Shown: positions 1 to 14,272, numbered from the stretch's first letter. The stretch: DNA of 64,000 bases from Octopus vulgaris (GCA_951406725.2 OX597822.1:89714001-89778000); one strand, 5' to 3'. The notes: generated by a model not told the origin, from the sequence alone. A program made the numbers and translations.

Positions 1-1329
1 GTGGACTGTCCTACTAAAGGTAAGATATTTTTGTTAGGCGTACCATTCAGGAAATCCCAAGGACCACAGTTTTCCCCATGGCTGCTCTATAATAACCAAA
101 CTTTATACTCTTATATTTATCCAGTAGAAATGGAAACATTTAAAATACATCAAAATTAATAAATTAATAACAGCTTAAGAATGGACTACACTGACATATT
201 CGTGAGTCTTACAGCATTAGCAAATGAATACTTCTCTACACTTTGTGTGTGTGTGTATATATAAAAATGCACATAGATTAGATAATGAACTTTGAATACT
301 GCATGAAATATAAACAGTGAAAAGGCCTAGCTTGAAATACTTCCTCTTAAAGATTGCTTCTATGCATTCCAGAAAGCAAAAAAATCCCAACCTTTTGTAC
401 ACAACCACAAATTTAGTTTACCAATTATTTTTGGAGAAATTCCTGCATACTTCGCCAGCTTTTCCGATATACCACTTATTTTTCTCACTACCTGAAAATA
501 TTTCACTTGATATCCAACCTTCATTCTTAATACAGCCGTCTCCATCCATATTTTACATCGACTACCCTCCTGAACCACTAAATTAGTTCTCCTTCTTCAC
601 CACCATACATCTCTCACTCTATCTCCACACTCTTACAGCCTACTGAATCACGTCATCTCTCTCTTTCTCACAAATTTATATGTAATGTGGTTACCTCCAC
701 TCCTATCTACACCTCAACTCTACGCAACCTTTACAGTTGTCACCTGCTCTCTTCCCCACCTCCCCTACTTGTCATTTGATCATTACTTGTTCTTCATTTA
801 TAATATTAACTCCCTCATCTGTTTCCCCATCTCCTATACACTCTTTCAACCACTACCCACCCATATTCCCTTTCCACTCTGACACCTCATACCAACTATT
901 TTAATCTCTTTCCAGCCTCACACTCATTCTCCTTTCTATAAAGTGAATAGCCTCTACAGAAAAACCTTGCTCTGTCCTGGTCACTTCTCTTAACATAAAC
1001 ACTCTCTCTCTCTCTTTTTCTCTACTGTAGTCTCACTCAGTCAGAGGAGATCTTAGTCTTGCAAGCTGAATGGTGATCTCATTATGCTAATGCAATTAAA
1101 AAAGCACTTAATACATGCAGTCATAGAAGTAATGGAAAGAAGACATTGGAACATGATGCAATCTTTGAAACTGTCAGATCCTGTCGAACCATCCAACCCA
1201 TGCCAGAAGGGAATATGGACATTAAATGATGATGATGGTGATAACTATTATTAATACAATTGTCATTTGTATCATTAGAAATACATTAATGCTATTATTA
1301 CTATTATTATTATTATTATTATTATGGAA

Positions 1330-1730
1330 AAGGCAGTGAGCTGGCAGAATTGCTTGCATGTTGAACAAAATGCTTTGTGGCATTTCTTCCAGTTTTATAT
1401 TTTGAGTTCAAATTTTGCCAAGATCAACTTTATCTTTAATCTTTTCTGGTTGATAAAATAAGTACCAGTTGAGCACAGAGAGGGTCAACATAATCAACTA
1501 ATTATAATTATTATGGAAGACAGTGAGCCAGCAGAATCGTTAGCATGCCGAGCAAAATGCTTAGTGGCATTTCATCTGTCTTCATGTTCTGCATTCAAAT
1601 TCTGCCAAGGTTGACTTTGCCTTTCATTCTTTCAGGGTCAATAAAATAAGTACCAGTTGAATACTGGGGTCGATGTAATTGACTTACCCGCTCCCAGAAA
1701 TTGCCGGCCTTGTGTCAAAATTTGAAATCA
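1330..1730 (+). mobile_element. Two tandem degenerate tRNA-derived SINE copies
   Basis: Two successive units (ggcagtgagctggcagaa...gagttcaaatt...ataagtaccagttga) match the cleaner copy at 27475-27705; flanked by (TTA)n. Confidence 0.7.
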
Positions 1731-2009
1731 TCATTATTATTATTATATGTTTGGCTATTGGTTTGTATTTGTATAAGTTGACTCCAAGTCTCACCTAGAG
1801 ACTTCAAGAGACAACAAGTTAGAAGTTCAAGTTGGAATTATGAACTAGAGTGCCGTATTTTTGGTCCAGAAAATATTTGTCAAAACATAAGAAATTTAGA
1901 AGTTTGTTTAAAAGTAATTTGATTATAAGACGTTAGTATGATCTTAAGATGACAGTAAAAGGTATTTGCTATTATGTACATTTTGACAATGTTTTCAGAT
2001 TAAAATGTT

Positions 2010-2461
2010 TTGGGGATTACACAGACAATATTTTTCATAGGATATGAGCAGTTTCCATGAGCACAATTTTTTGAATATCTTTATATCAGCTCCTTTTGCT
2101 ATCATTCATAGGGCACCTATCACAACAGGCATGGTTTTAGTCTTGAGGTTCCACATTTTACCAATTTCTATTTCAAGGTCTTTATATTTGCTCAGTTTTT
2201 GGTAGGTCTTGACAGACAGAATTATGTTGATCGGGACAATTGTATCAATGAAGAGGCATGATTTTTGTCTGAAATCTTTCAATATAATGTCTGGCCTATT
2301 TTCATCTATCTTTCTGTCAGTTTGAGAAGTAAAGTTCCAAAAGAGTGAGATGTGATAATTTTCAAGCACTGGAAGTGGTTTGTGTTCCCACCAGTTTTTA
2401 TTGTAGGGCAGGTCCAGATCATTGCAAATTACCCAGTGAATTTACCGTACCACTCTATCAT
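2010..2461 (-). mobile_element. 3' fragment of an RLE-type non-LTR retrotransposon (R4/NeSL-like)
   Basis: Minus-strand translation HDRVVR.IHWVIC...WWEHKP...ENRPDIILKD...FIDTIVP...KYKDLEIEIGKMW fits the end of the CCHC finger plus the PD..D restriction-like endonuclease. Confidence 0.75.
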
Positions 2462-4230
2462 GTCTGTTGAGATACTCCATAGGTACAAGAAGGCTGCACA
2501 TGGCAACCCGTTTGGTGCTGGTGGAGCCCGACAGACGATGCAATATGGAAGCTGGAGTGACGGTCAGATGAACCCTGGTGGAGGCAGGAACTGATGTAGC
2601 GCTGGCTGAGGCAGCCAATTTCTAGAGAGTGGCACCGAGGATTTGTAAAGGACAAACCGTGGGACTGTGGCAGGCAGTGGGCCAGTGGCAGGCTCAGTTG
2701 CATCACTGCAGGAAGGTAGTTGAGGTAGATGGTGGTCTGCCTGTGCATTTACAAGATCTGTTCACATGGAATCGCCAGAGCTTAGATGGCACTCAGGTGT
2801 TGCAGTTGAGGCAGCTGCTAGCGAGGTGTGCTGATGTGTTCTCAGCAGGAGATCTAGACGTTGGTTGTATGGACCTGGTGGAGCACCATATCGATACGGG
2901 TGGCCATTGCCCAATCAAGCAGCCAGCTCAGAGGATGGCCCTCGTTCAGCGATGGGAAATGGAAGAAGTGATGGAGAAATATCAACGACAGGGAGTAGTG
3001 GAAAAGTCGAACAGTCCCTGGTCATCAGCAATTGCTTTAGTGCAGAAAGGAGATGGTACAGTGAGATGCTGTGTGGATTATAGAGCACTAAATGAAGTGA
3101 CAGTGAAGGATTGGTTGGTTCCTACTTGTGTAAAGGAGTTGAGGAATCTTTTAGGACTGTGCACCTATTATAAGCGCTTTATAGAAAACTTTGTAATGTT
3201 GGCTGCACAAGCTACTGGGGAAGAGCCAAAAGTTTGAGTGGACTGCCATGACACAGGGCACTTTTGATGGACTCAAACAGGTGCTAGTGAGTTCTCTGAT
3301 GTTGCCGTACCCAGACCCGAGCAAGACTTTCATACTGGACTGTGACACCAGTAGCCATGGTATTGGTCAAGTACTGTCTCAGAGGAAGGGTGACAAGGAA
3401 TATGTGGTGGTGTATTACAGTAAAAAGCTTAGCCCACCCAAACGAAACTACTATGTAACCCGTAAGGAGCTTTTGGCACTGATGAAGAGCATTGAATTTT
3501 TTCGTTTGTACCTGTACGGTTCCCACTTTACCATCAGAATGGACCATGCAGTACTCAAGTGGCTGAGGACACTGTGGAACCTGGAGGAACAATTAGCACC
3601 TAGCTAGGGAAACTGGACCAGCACAATTATGAAGTACAGCACCGTTTGGGGCGGGTACATGATTACGCTGATAGCTTGAGATGTCGTCCTTGTAAACCGC
3701 ACCGCAAGCATTGTGCAGGAAGGGAAGAGCACAGTAATAAGTGCAACTGTACTGCAATGACTGGACATGTGTCAACCGGAGAATTACAGAAGAGGCTGAC
3801 GAGGAATACTGACTTAAGACCAGAGGCAGCGAGACCACCAGGGGAGGAACTGCCCATGGAAACCTCCAGCTATGTGAAACATCTGCAAGAGAGGCTGACT
3901 GAAGTACACCAGCAAGTTAGAGAAGCTCTGAAGTTTTCGGGTGAAGTGATGAAGTGTCGGCATGACACCAGGGCTACTGAGAACGACTTTAAGGAGGGTG
4001 ATGAAGTGTGGTTTCATAACCCCTAGTGGAAGAGAGGGCAGCCACTGAAGCTGCAGAGTCCATGGGAAGGACCTTATATCATGAGGAATCGCCTGTCTGA
4101 TGTGATGTACAAGATTTGAGGAGGCAGCAGGACTTCTCCAAAAATTGTGCATGCAAACCGTCTGTTGAGGTATCATGGATCTGGCCTGTTCACCTGGAGC
4201 ACGCCTTCAGGGGTTGGGTCCACCTGTTAA
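2462..4230 (+). mobile_element. Degenerate Ty3/Gypsy pol fragment (RT, RNase H, integrase tail) with internal deletions
   Basis: SNSPWSSAIALVQKGDGTVRCCVDYRALN (RT start); FILDCDTSSHGIGQVLSQ...YYSKKLS...NYYVTRKELLA (RNase H); GDEVW...KLQSPWEGPY (integrase GPY/F); stops and frameshifts. Confidence 0.9.
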
Positions 4231-4674
4231 GAAAGTACAAGGGAGGACCACGAACTCTAATTAAACAGTGACGACAAGTTGGTCAAAGAGTAAACATTTG
4301 CTGGTCTGGGAAACTGACATCATAGGGGCATGATGCAGTTCTCTCCCTTGCCAGCTCCTGTTAAATCGTGCAAGCCATGCCAGCATGGAAAATGAATATT
4401 GAACGATGATGATGATATAGTGAATTTATCCCAGTCACAAATTTTTAGTGTGGTAGTAAGACATTTCTTTTTGTTAATAGTTCACAATATATCGGTAGGC
4501 CATGTGAAAACAAGAATGACCACACCAATATTTATTTGAGTTTTCATTTATTTTATTAACCCATATTGTATATATGGAACAATGTTCATAAAGCAGCAAA
4601 CATAGTAGTTTGAATCTTCTGATAATACTATGAGAGAAGTGCATAATCACTGAAGACAAAGCAAATACAAGGAA

Positions 4675-5062
4675 CTAGCAGTATCGCCTGGCGTTGCTCG
4701 GGTTTGTTTCAACCCTTTAGAATTGGAATTTTTGAAAAGTATAAATTTTGCATTATGTAGCTTGTTATTCTCTTTAAGTGAACATTTTCTGGTTGAAATA
4801 CACCGAAAAATGGCGACACAGCAGTCAAAAGATCATAAAAAATAGGGATTTTCATAGAAATAAAGCACCTGTTTGATGTAAATAATTTTTGGTGTTAACA
4901 AGGTCCGATTTGAATTTTTTCCTCTATGGAAGGAAGAGCAAGCCTTTTTCTATCATACTCTCAATTTTGGTCAACTTGCACCGCAGGGTCTCGGAGGAGA
5001 TAGTGTTAGTTGAAGGCTACCAAACCTGCCATACACAGACAACTTCAGCTTTATATTATATA
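4675..5062 (-). mobile_element. Non-autonomous Helitron-like element
   Basis: On the minus strand it ends cccgagcaacgccaggcgatactgCTAG|T (subterminal hairpin plus CTAG); same family as 20855-21220. Confidence 0.75.
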
Positions 5063-7959
5063 AATATATAATATAATATAATATAAATATGGGCAACACA
5101 CACGTACGTACATCTATTGCATGTTTTGTGCAAGCATACATGTTCATAAACAGAAATGAATGGAAAAAATGTTGGTAAATTTGTAGATTAACACTCGTAC
5201 GATTTTCACTCGGAAAAAAAATCGTTTTTTTTGCATGGAATCAACTACTCTGGCCTCCTAATGTGCTACAATACCTTTTTTGTGGTCCGTGGAATGGAGT
5301 GGGGTGTGGTGGAAGCCTTGGAAATTGTACCCATTTATATTGTGTAATTCACTGACAAACTGTTACCTACCTCTTTGTTTCTTTGTTGTTAAATAAATGG
5401 ATTGTCAACAAAACACATTTTTACTCGACGTAAAAACAAAACTCTTTCACACCCAAAGTAATGTGTGTGTGAGAGAGAGGGGGGGAAAGATGAACGATTT
5501 AAAATAAATATATTGTAATTGTTGTGTGAGAAAGTATATATACTCTGATTATAAAATATAGAGTCTTTCAAAAACATCCTAAATTTGAACACTATATCTC
5601 GTGTTTAAGAAAAAACAAAACATTTTACATTTTATTTTTTATGAACGTTGTGACTTACTCTCCCACTCTCTCTCTCTCACTTTGTCTTTACCTTTTTTTT
5701 TGTTAGACGCTGTCAAACTATCTCCCACTCTTCCTTACACATACTTTTTCTGTACTATTTTTGTTAGATGTTGTGAAACACTCTCTCTCCCTCACACACA
5801 CACTTTCGTTTGGCTATGGCTAGAAGGGACTTAACTCATGTTAGCAGCCTTCCAATTTGGTAAAAACTATAGCTGAAAATAGATTTTTACCACTATCCAA
5901 GGGTGCCTCGAGAAAAAAATAAGTTGACAAAACCCAGGTAGGATGTTGACGAATGTCCTCCTAAAATTGGAGCGACATGTGTGCTAATTTGTGGACATGC
6001 ATAAATTACAATCACGTACACACACACATATAGATACAGATATAAATTACTGCATATAACCGATGTGTGTTATTTAACTCTGCAATTTAAGGTTGGAGCC
6101 TTTTGTCAGATGACATAAGCATGTTAAATAAGAAAAATACACAAATAACAGTGAGAGATGAACTTACTGAGCAAAATGACACAGTTGAATTTGGCAGATT
6201 TTTTAACTGTAAGCCACATCTTCCAGAACATTCAACAAATTCTTTGATGGGAAGACTCACACACTACTGTTCAAATTTGCTACATCAACCTTAATAAGTC
6301 ATCCAGTGCTGATTGAGCCACATTCAGTTAGGAGTTAATGTTTTTTATGGTGCCAACCCTAACCCTATTATGGTAATACAATAGGTCATAGTTCTGAGCT
6401 GGGAAAATGAGAATTATGGCTCAAAAGTCAGTAGGAGTGTTGCTACATATGTAGGTGTACATATTTTTTTCATGTATCAAAACAATCTGTACTCCTGTTC
6501 TTTGTGTAAGTTACCTTCCTTGTCTATAGGGAACTGACAAGAACACAAAAGAAATTTATAGACAGAAACGTCAAATAGGCACCCAAGCCCTTTTTTAAAA
6601 AATTTCCTCAGATACCTGTTTTCAACTATGGAGATTATTATTTTATCACAAAAGTAACATTTCACATTTCAACTTATAACATTCCACCCCAATTTATTAT
6701 AATTTTTATTGATAAAAATTCTGAAAAGTTTTTTATCAAAATTTCAAGTTTAAAAAAAAATTGCTTGCTGCTCCCATCGTCTTTCAAAATACTCACCTCC
6801 ACAGAGGTTTGACTCAGCTGTTCATTTGCATTGTATGCATGCTGATAGGGCAGCTGGTATTTGTAAATTAAAGAACACCTGTGATAATATATTTCTTGTT
6901 TCATGTTGGGTAAGTCTTGTTATTCCAAAAAATGGAATCATAATCTCACTATACCATCCAATGCGTCCTTCTCATTTTATACAACATTACCGGCATGGTA
7001 TTTACAGAATATCTGGCTGTAATTTCTAGTATGTAGAGCAATCACATTGACGCCTCATTCCTTAGAGCCATCAGCTAGTTCAGAGATGGGGAACCTGCAA
7101 CCTTAAGGCTGCATGCGACCTTCCAAGGCCATTGGTATATTTTCTTTCTTTTTTGACATTGAATATTTTTTTGTCTAAAATCATTATACACCCTAAACTT
7201 ACAATAAATGCACACATAGATGAAAGCAGTTTTCTTTGAACCCAATGAATTTAAACTCAAAGCAACAAGTATATAAAGGTAGTATTTCCTTGTCAGCTAC
7301 ACCAGCCTAGTGGGAGTAAGCGTCTCATCCATCTTTTCATTGTGATCTGTGCACCATACTTAGTAATTGCGTAGTCATGGCCAACTTCATACTGACTGGT
7401 TTTGTGAGACTGAGTTAGTTAGAGCCTTATTTGAAACTGTAAATCCATCAGTGCATGCATTAATTTTACAGACTTGTTTTTTATCATTAAGACTTGATAA
7501 GTGATACAGTGACTGTATTTATTACTACTCAGTTAAGCCAGCTGTACACTGCTTCAGACAAAACTGGTCTTAGACAAAACAATATCAATCAATGTCTGAA
7601 ACCATGTTATTGGAATTTTGGTCATAACTTCAACAACTGTCATTATTTTGTGAGATTGGAAACTGGCAATATTTGACATTATTTCTGCAACAATTAGGTA
7701 ATGATAAATAATAGCACTAATTACAGAAAAAAATAACAGCTAATCTTGATGTTGTTCAGTCTCGAATTGTAGTAACAATTGCTAAAATCAAAACCAAAAA
7801 CATGGTTTTGGATGCAAATTTATTGTGTCTTGTCTAAGACTGTTTTATTTGGGTCAATGTGTGACTGGTTTTACTAATTCGTTATTAAACTTTTATTTTT
7901 TTATAGTTTTTCAAAATAAATACACTCCTTTTTAACCCATAATTATCTCAAAAAAATTA

Positions 7960-9600
7960 AAATGAACTTTGAAAGAAGAGAACAGGATTTGAATTGCAAT
8001 ATTTTTTAGTAAATAGTGGAGGCAAAATGTCTTGCTTGTTTTGTGATACTGCAATTGTAATTGTTAAGAAATTCAATGCACAACAACATTATGCTCTTCA
8101 TAAAGACTATAAATATGCCAAATTAGAAGGGGAGTCTCGAAAGATAGCATTGCAGAAAATGAAAGATGGAAAACAAAAGCTAAGACAATTTTTCCAATCT
8201 GTGTTGCATCAAGGGAATGCTACGACAGGAGCTAGCTATAAAGCTGTATATTTGCTTGGAGAAAAGGTAAGCCATTCAGCGATGCAGAACTCATAAAGGA
8301 AAGTATTTTAGTAGTGGTATGAATTGGCCTGTAATGTAACAGAGCAACTGAGAAATATAATCCAAAAAGAAAATGTATATTGCTCAGTAGCTTTGGATGA
8401 ATCAACATATTCCAAAGATTCAGCACAAGTATTGTAATTTATTTGTGCTATAACTGATGCTTTTCAATTATAAGAAGAATTATTTCCTTTAGGCACCCTT
8501 AAAGGAAGGGCACGCAGGATAGATATTTTTAACAATTTCAAAGAGCAATACCACAAAGTAGGACTAAATTTTACTAATTTGACAAGTGTGTGCATGAATG
8601 GTGCTCCGGCTATGATGGCTGAAAGTGAAGGATTTATTGCACATCTTAAAAGAGTAACCAAAGAACCAAATGTACTGATTTCTTTCATTTAAATGTCATT
8701 TTAAATGACACTTTGCAGAAGGTTATAAGTATTGTAAACTATATCTGAGCAAATGCCCTGAAGTATCGTCGATTTTGAAACATGCTGATGATGGATGATG
8801 AAGTAATTAATGTGGATTTGCTTTATCACTCAAAAGTACGTTGGTTGTCACAAGGGAAAGTATTGGTCAAAATTTTGTCTTTACGAAGGCAAATAATTGA
8901 CTTTTTCAAAGAAAATAACAAACATTGTGATTTATCAAATCCAAATTTTTGCAGAGATCTTGCATTTTTATGTGATGTGATGTCAAAATAAAATGAGTTA
9001 AACATTTCGTTGCAAGACAAAAATAAATGTATTTATGATATGTGGCAAAAAATTTGGGCATTTAGAAAAAAATTGTCATTTTTCAAATTCCTTTTGGCTC
9101 AATCAAAACTTTCAGAAGGACACTTTCCTCAGCTTGTGAAGGTAATGAGTGAAAATGAAGAAGATATCTATCAATCTTTTGAAGAATATGGGTCAGTTTT
9201 AGACTCATTAATAGAATATAATAAAAGATAAAATGATTTTGAAAAACATAACATCACTCTGAAACTTGCTTTTCAGCCTCAGTCCATGTATCAAAGGCTT
9301 CCAAAGAGTTACAAATGGAGCTTATTGAAATGTCTGAAATTTCTGTTTGACATGAGGGAAATTCCTATTGAAATTTGGAAAAATGCAGTAGAATATCGTC
9401 TTTGTGAACATGCACACTGACTAATTTTCTCACTTTTTTTCAACATACTGTTGTGAAACCACATTCTCGTACTTGACGCAAATCAAGAATTCGCTGAGAA
9501 CACAATTGACAAATGAGCATTTGGAGGCCCAACCGAAATTAAGAACCACTATGTCAAAATGCTTTCTCAAAAAAAGCAAATTCAAAGAAGTCATTAATTT
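7960..9600 (+). mobile_element. Degenerate hAT transposase (Charlie/SPIN/GTF2IRD2-like)
   Basis: CLFC...QQHYALH (BED-like finger), SVALDEST, GAPAM, LLYHSKVRWLSQGKVL, STYCCETTFS...IKNSLRTQLTNEHL (hATC dimerisation); many stops and frameshifts. Confidence 0.85.
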
Positions 9601-9709
9601 GTACAAAAAGTACCGACTTGCCTCAGTTAAATTTTTGAAAATGTTATCTTCTCGATGTTCATAAGCTGTCTTTTTATAAGATTATTATTCATTTACTTAT
9701 TATCTGTAT

Positions 9710-10155
9710 CATCATCATCGTTTAGTGTCCGCTTTCCATGCTAGCATGGGTTGGACGGTTCAACTGGGTTCTAGGAATACAGAAGGCTGCACCAGGCACA
9801 GTCTGATCTGGCAATGTTTCTACGGCTGGATGCCCTTCCTAATGCCAACCACTCTGTGAGTGTAGTGGGTGCTTTTTACGTGCCAGATGAGGTTGGCAAA
9901 CGGCCATGATCGGATGGTGCATTTTACATGCCACCGGCATGGGGGCCAGGCGAGGCTGGCAATGGCCACAATCGGATGGTCCTTTTTACGTGCCACCGGC
10001 ACGAGGCCAGTCGAGTCAGCGCTGGCAACGGCCATGTTCGGATGGTTCTCTTACATACCACCGGCACTGGTATCACAGCTGCAATTTCCATTGATGTTGA
10101 TCGATTTCGATTTTGATTTTCACCACTTGCCTCAACAGGTCTTCACAAGTAGAGT
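9710..10155 (-). mobile_element. 5'-truncated RTE 3'UTR repeat with (GAT)n tail
   Basis: Reverse complement of the family ending aacccatgctagcatggaaagcggac..taaacgatgatgatg; internal gtggcacgtaaaaagcacc subrepeats. Confidence 0.75.
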
Positions 10156-10502
10156 TATGCTTTCAATTTCTATACCGAATTTCTACTGCCGAAAACCTGA
10201 ACTACACAAAGAACAAGATATAATGGGAGAAGGCGATATTCTCCCAATATTGTAAACCTTGCCTTCCATTATAAGACTTACAAGGTCAATATAAAGACCT
10301 TCACCTGGGAACAAAAAAAAAAAAAAAATTAACCAGCCTGGAGGTGTTAACAAGTGTGTGGAAAATGAATATGAAAAAAAAAAATGTGCGATGATGACCC
10401 TGGGGACTTCCAGAAAATTCACAAGTTCCGATTTTTCCGTCATAAATTCGGGTAAAATGGATATATATTGATTTTTTTTAATGGAATCCCTCGTTTTTGG
10501 TT

Positions 10503-11241
10503 ATGGAAGATCCGATTCTGAAAAATTTTTTTTCAAAAATCACATTTTCAAAATTTCAATTCCCTCACTACCACTTCATTTTTCACTTTTTCATCATTGT
10601 TCGTGCGTTTGTACTGGTTTTAAGGGTTAGGGTTTTAGGGTTAGGGTGTTAGAGTTGGGGTAAGGGTGACAAACGAAATATACACCGCCGGAAGTTCTTG
10701 TTGACAAACAACAGCAGTAATTTTATTCAGCTGAATACACATCATTGATTGGTTGAAATTACCGAAATACGAGAACTTTCACGTGAAATATACAGTGACA
10801 AACGAAATATACACCGCCGGAAGTTCTTGTTGACAAACAACAGCAGTAATTTTATTCAGCTGAATACACATCATTGATTGGTTGAAATTACCGAAATACG
10901 AGAACTTTCACGTGAAATAACTTCATAAATATAAGATTTTCTCAAAAATGCTAATAGTAAAAGATGTTTTATATGATACATTCTACTTGTGTCTGAAGTT
11001 TGAAAGTGTTTAGTTACAAAAAATTATTTTTTAAATCTGTAGGTCAAAAGGTAAAGATACAAAATTTGTTTGGAAAATTTAAATTTTTCAACAATAAAAT
11101 AAAATATATATATATGCCCTCAGGCCTTCAAGCGGCCTATCCACATGCTAGAAATAACAGCCAAATCTCACAAAACTGCGATAACATAACGAAATTTCGA
11201 AAAATCGATTTTTGAAAAATTTTTTCGGAATCGGATCCTCC
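10503..11241. mobile_element. TIR-bounded non-autonomous element with TTAGGG-like tract and internal 129-bp tandem duplication
   Basis: ggaagatccgattctgaaaaattttttttcaaaaatc at the left is inverted to gatttttgaaaaattttttcggaatcggatcctcc at the right; 10666-10790 is repeated at 10795-10919. Confidence 0.6.
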
Positions 11242-12539
11242 CTTTCAACCAGTGTAGTTTTGTGTGAATGTGAAATATGTCATTAAACATGCCGATTTGA
11301 CCATTGACTAAGTCAATGTGCGACTTGTTCTTTGTGACAACAAAAATATATTATTTGCCAAAATAATATATTCATTTGCATACGCGCAAGTCGTTGTAGG
11401 ATCGACTACTTACGACTAGCTAGCGCGGATGCGCGCACCGGGACCACTATTCGCTAGTACCGTATTTCGGGTTAAGATTACGCCGAAAACGGGTGGTGTG
11501 CGTATCCTTTACCTCCGCCGACGTAACTTCGGTATGAGTACCGGATACATTTCAAGAAAGTGTTGTTTTTTTTTATATATGGGAGGGTTAGGATTAGGGT
11601 TTGTGTTAGAGTTAGGGTTAGGGGTGGGAGAAAAGGGTTTCTCTTATCCTCAGAAATGTAAACAAAGTCACGTGTGTACCTATACCGAAGGTTCGACCCT
11701 CCGCCTGTTAAAATTCCACAATAACAATTTTGAAAAATGAATTTCTAAAAAAATGCTCTTACACGGACAATTCTTCTCGGAGACGAAATATTTGGCTGTG
11801 ATGCTAACATGCTGGCCTTGTTGATAAAAAGCGGTGTATAAGTTCCTCCTATAAAACTATCCACTCTGAAATTTCATTATTCGTAGTTTTGAAAACAAAA
11901 AGAGTGATAGATACTTTTGAGTAAGTTTATCATAATTTTCAGAGGTGACACCGACACCAAGGGGAACATCATGCAAGGTCTGAAGAACTGTAGCGTGTGG
12001 GTTGATTATTTATAGGAGGTTGAGTCTCTTCTCTTCACCGTCCAGAGGGTCTGAGGATTTTTTTTACGACAAATCTTATGACATAATAGCACATTTTCTT
12101 TTGAGCTGATTAAACATACAATTTGTCGGCGAACTATTATTTTCATATTCTTATTACTTGCTCTGGCTGATTTTCATGAAAATCATTTTTTCTGTCTTTT
12201 TGGATCCCCCAAAAAGTAAAACTTTTTTTGTTGTACACGTTTCGTGACGTCCTGTGCCCACATATGCGTATGTATGTATGTGTGTCTGTGTGTGTGTGTA
12301 TGTATGTATGTATGTACGTACGTATGTATGTATGTACGTATGCATATGTATATATGCATATATATATATACATGTTATTTATATTATAATATGATTGAAC
12401 ACCACGCATCCTCTTCTGAGTAAGTTTTATCTATCAGACAAGCAGACAGCAAAAGGTGCTGTAGAATAATAGGAAGGGTATCAGAGAAAGTAGTGTTCGT
12501 ATGTGGAAGATGCATAGGAGCCATAAAATCGCACTTAAG

Positions 12540-13442
12540 AAATCAATTTTTCTGAAATACCCAGAGTATCTTTAGAGGTAGTGGATAATGTCTGCTACTT
12601 AGGGGACTAAATTAGTAGTGGGGAAGGTTGTATGGAGAGTGTGATAGAATAAGAATAGGTTGGAGAAAATTCAGAGAGCTTTTACCTCTGTTGGCAACCA
12701 AAGGTTTCTCTCTCCAAAAGAAAGTAAGGTGGTATGATGCATGCATATGAATAGCATTGGTAGTGAGATGTGGGCCCTGAATGCAGAGAACATGCAAAGG
12801 CTAGAGAGGAACGAAGCTTGTATGCTCTGCTAGATGTGTAATGTAAGTGCACATGTGCGACAAAATATTTGTGTATTGAGTGAGAAGTTAGGTATAAGAA
12901 GAATTAGGTGCAATGTACAAGAAAGAAGGCTACACTGGTTTGGTCATGTAATGTAGATGGATGCCAACAGCTCCACAAAGAAGAGCTATTCACTCAAAGT
13001 GGACAGAACTTGTGAAAGAGGGAGACCAAGGAAGACATGGGACAAATTATTGAAGAATAACCTCAAAATGCTGAGCCTTTTAGACAAGATGATAAAGGAC
13101 CGAGATATCAGGCACTTTACAGTACTCAAGAAGACTCCTTTTCCACAGCAGAAGTATTAAGGCTGCATCCTCTAGCGAAGGGGATTGGCCTGCAAGAGAC
13201 TTGTGCTGCTGTCACATAAAAATCACTTGTGCCAGTGCCACATAAAAGCTCTCATGCCAGTGCCACGTTAAAAGCACCTGGCACATGCTGTAAGGTAGTT
13301 GGCATTAAGAAGGGCATCCGGCCATAGAAACCAAACCAAATCAGACTGGAACCTAGTGCAGCTCCCTGGCTTGCCAGCTCTGGTCAAACCATGCAACCCA
13401 TGCCAGTATGCAAAATGAATGTTGAAGGATGATGATGATGAT
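12540..13442 (+). mobile_element. RTE-clade LINE 3' portion (ORF end plus 3'UTR with (GAT)n tail)
   Basis: CYLGD...GWRKFRELLPLLATKGFSL...ERRLHWFGHV...RGRPRKTW, then a UTR ending gatgatgatgat. Confidence 0.8.
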
Positions 13443-14069
13443 ATAAGTCTGTGTGTATTTATGTTTGTCAAATAATAGGATGGGTATCATTATCATTGCA
13501 AGGAGTACTCTGATGGACTTTCTCTCTTAGTTCTAGATCACTTTGTGCCATCTTGCTTGATTCAAAACATAACAGTATCTTCATCTAAATGTTGTTGTGC
13601 TTCCACAAATAAGGAAGACTTTCCAGTGTTGTAACTTTTTTCCTTGAACTGCAGGACTTTGGAACTCTCTTCTATCTCATTGTTTTTCTCCTTATGATCT
13701 GAACTCTTTCAAGTCTAAAGTAAATTTATTCCTTTTGTCTTAATTTCTCCTTCATAATCCCTTACACTAAGTGGTTTCTTGCCTTGCTTAGGACTTTCTT
13801 ATAAAAAACAACAACAAAAATCATTAAAAAAAACCTAGCAGTTCAGCAGACAGAATTAATAGGATAAGTACCAGGCTTTAAAAGAATAAGTACTAAGGTT
13901 GTTCACCTGAAACCTTCAAGGTGATGCCCTACCAATGACTGAAACAAGTAAAAGATACAATAAAAAACGATTTCATTAATATTCATGCAATATTTCATAT
14001 TAAGACCCAGAAAGTGAAATGACTGAAGTTAGTTGAGGTCAGCATAAAATAATCACCTTTACAATAGGC

Positions 14070-14272
14070 ACGAGGCCAGCATTGTTCGGATAGTTGATTA
14101 CACTGACCCCAGTACTCAACTGGTACTTATTTCATCGACACCCCTACCCCACCAAAGGATGAAGGACAAAGTCAACCTTAGTGGTAATTGAGCTCAGAAC
14201 ATAGAGACAGATGAAATGTCGCTAAGCATTTTGATCCAGCATGCTAATGATTCTGCCAGCTTGCTGCCTTTA
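14070..14272 (-). mobile_element. tRNA-derived SINE
   Basis: Reverse complement of the family at 27475 (ggcagcaagctggcagaatcattagcatg...ataagtaccagttgagtactgggg). Confidence 0.7.

Noticed and set aside
1-25. Possible exon end of an upstream plus-strand gene (aaag|gtaaga)
   Set aside because: Only 19 nt visible and no downstream partner exons could be identified.
7960-9600. Domesticated GTF2IRD2/EPM2AIP1-like host gene
   Set aside because: Numerous stops and frameshifts; a dead hAT transposase.
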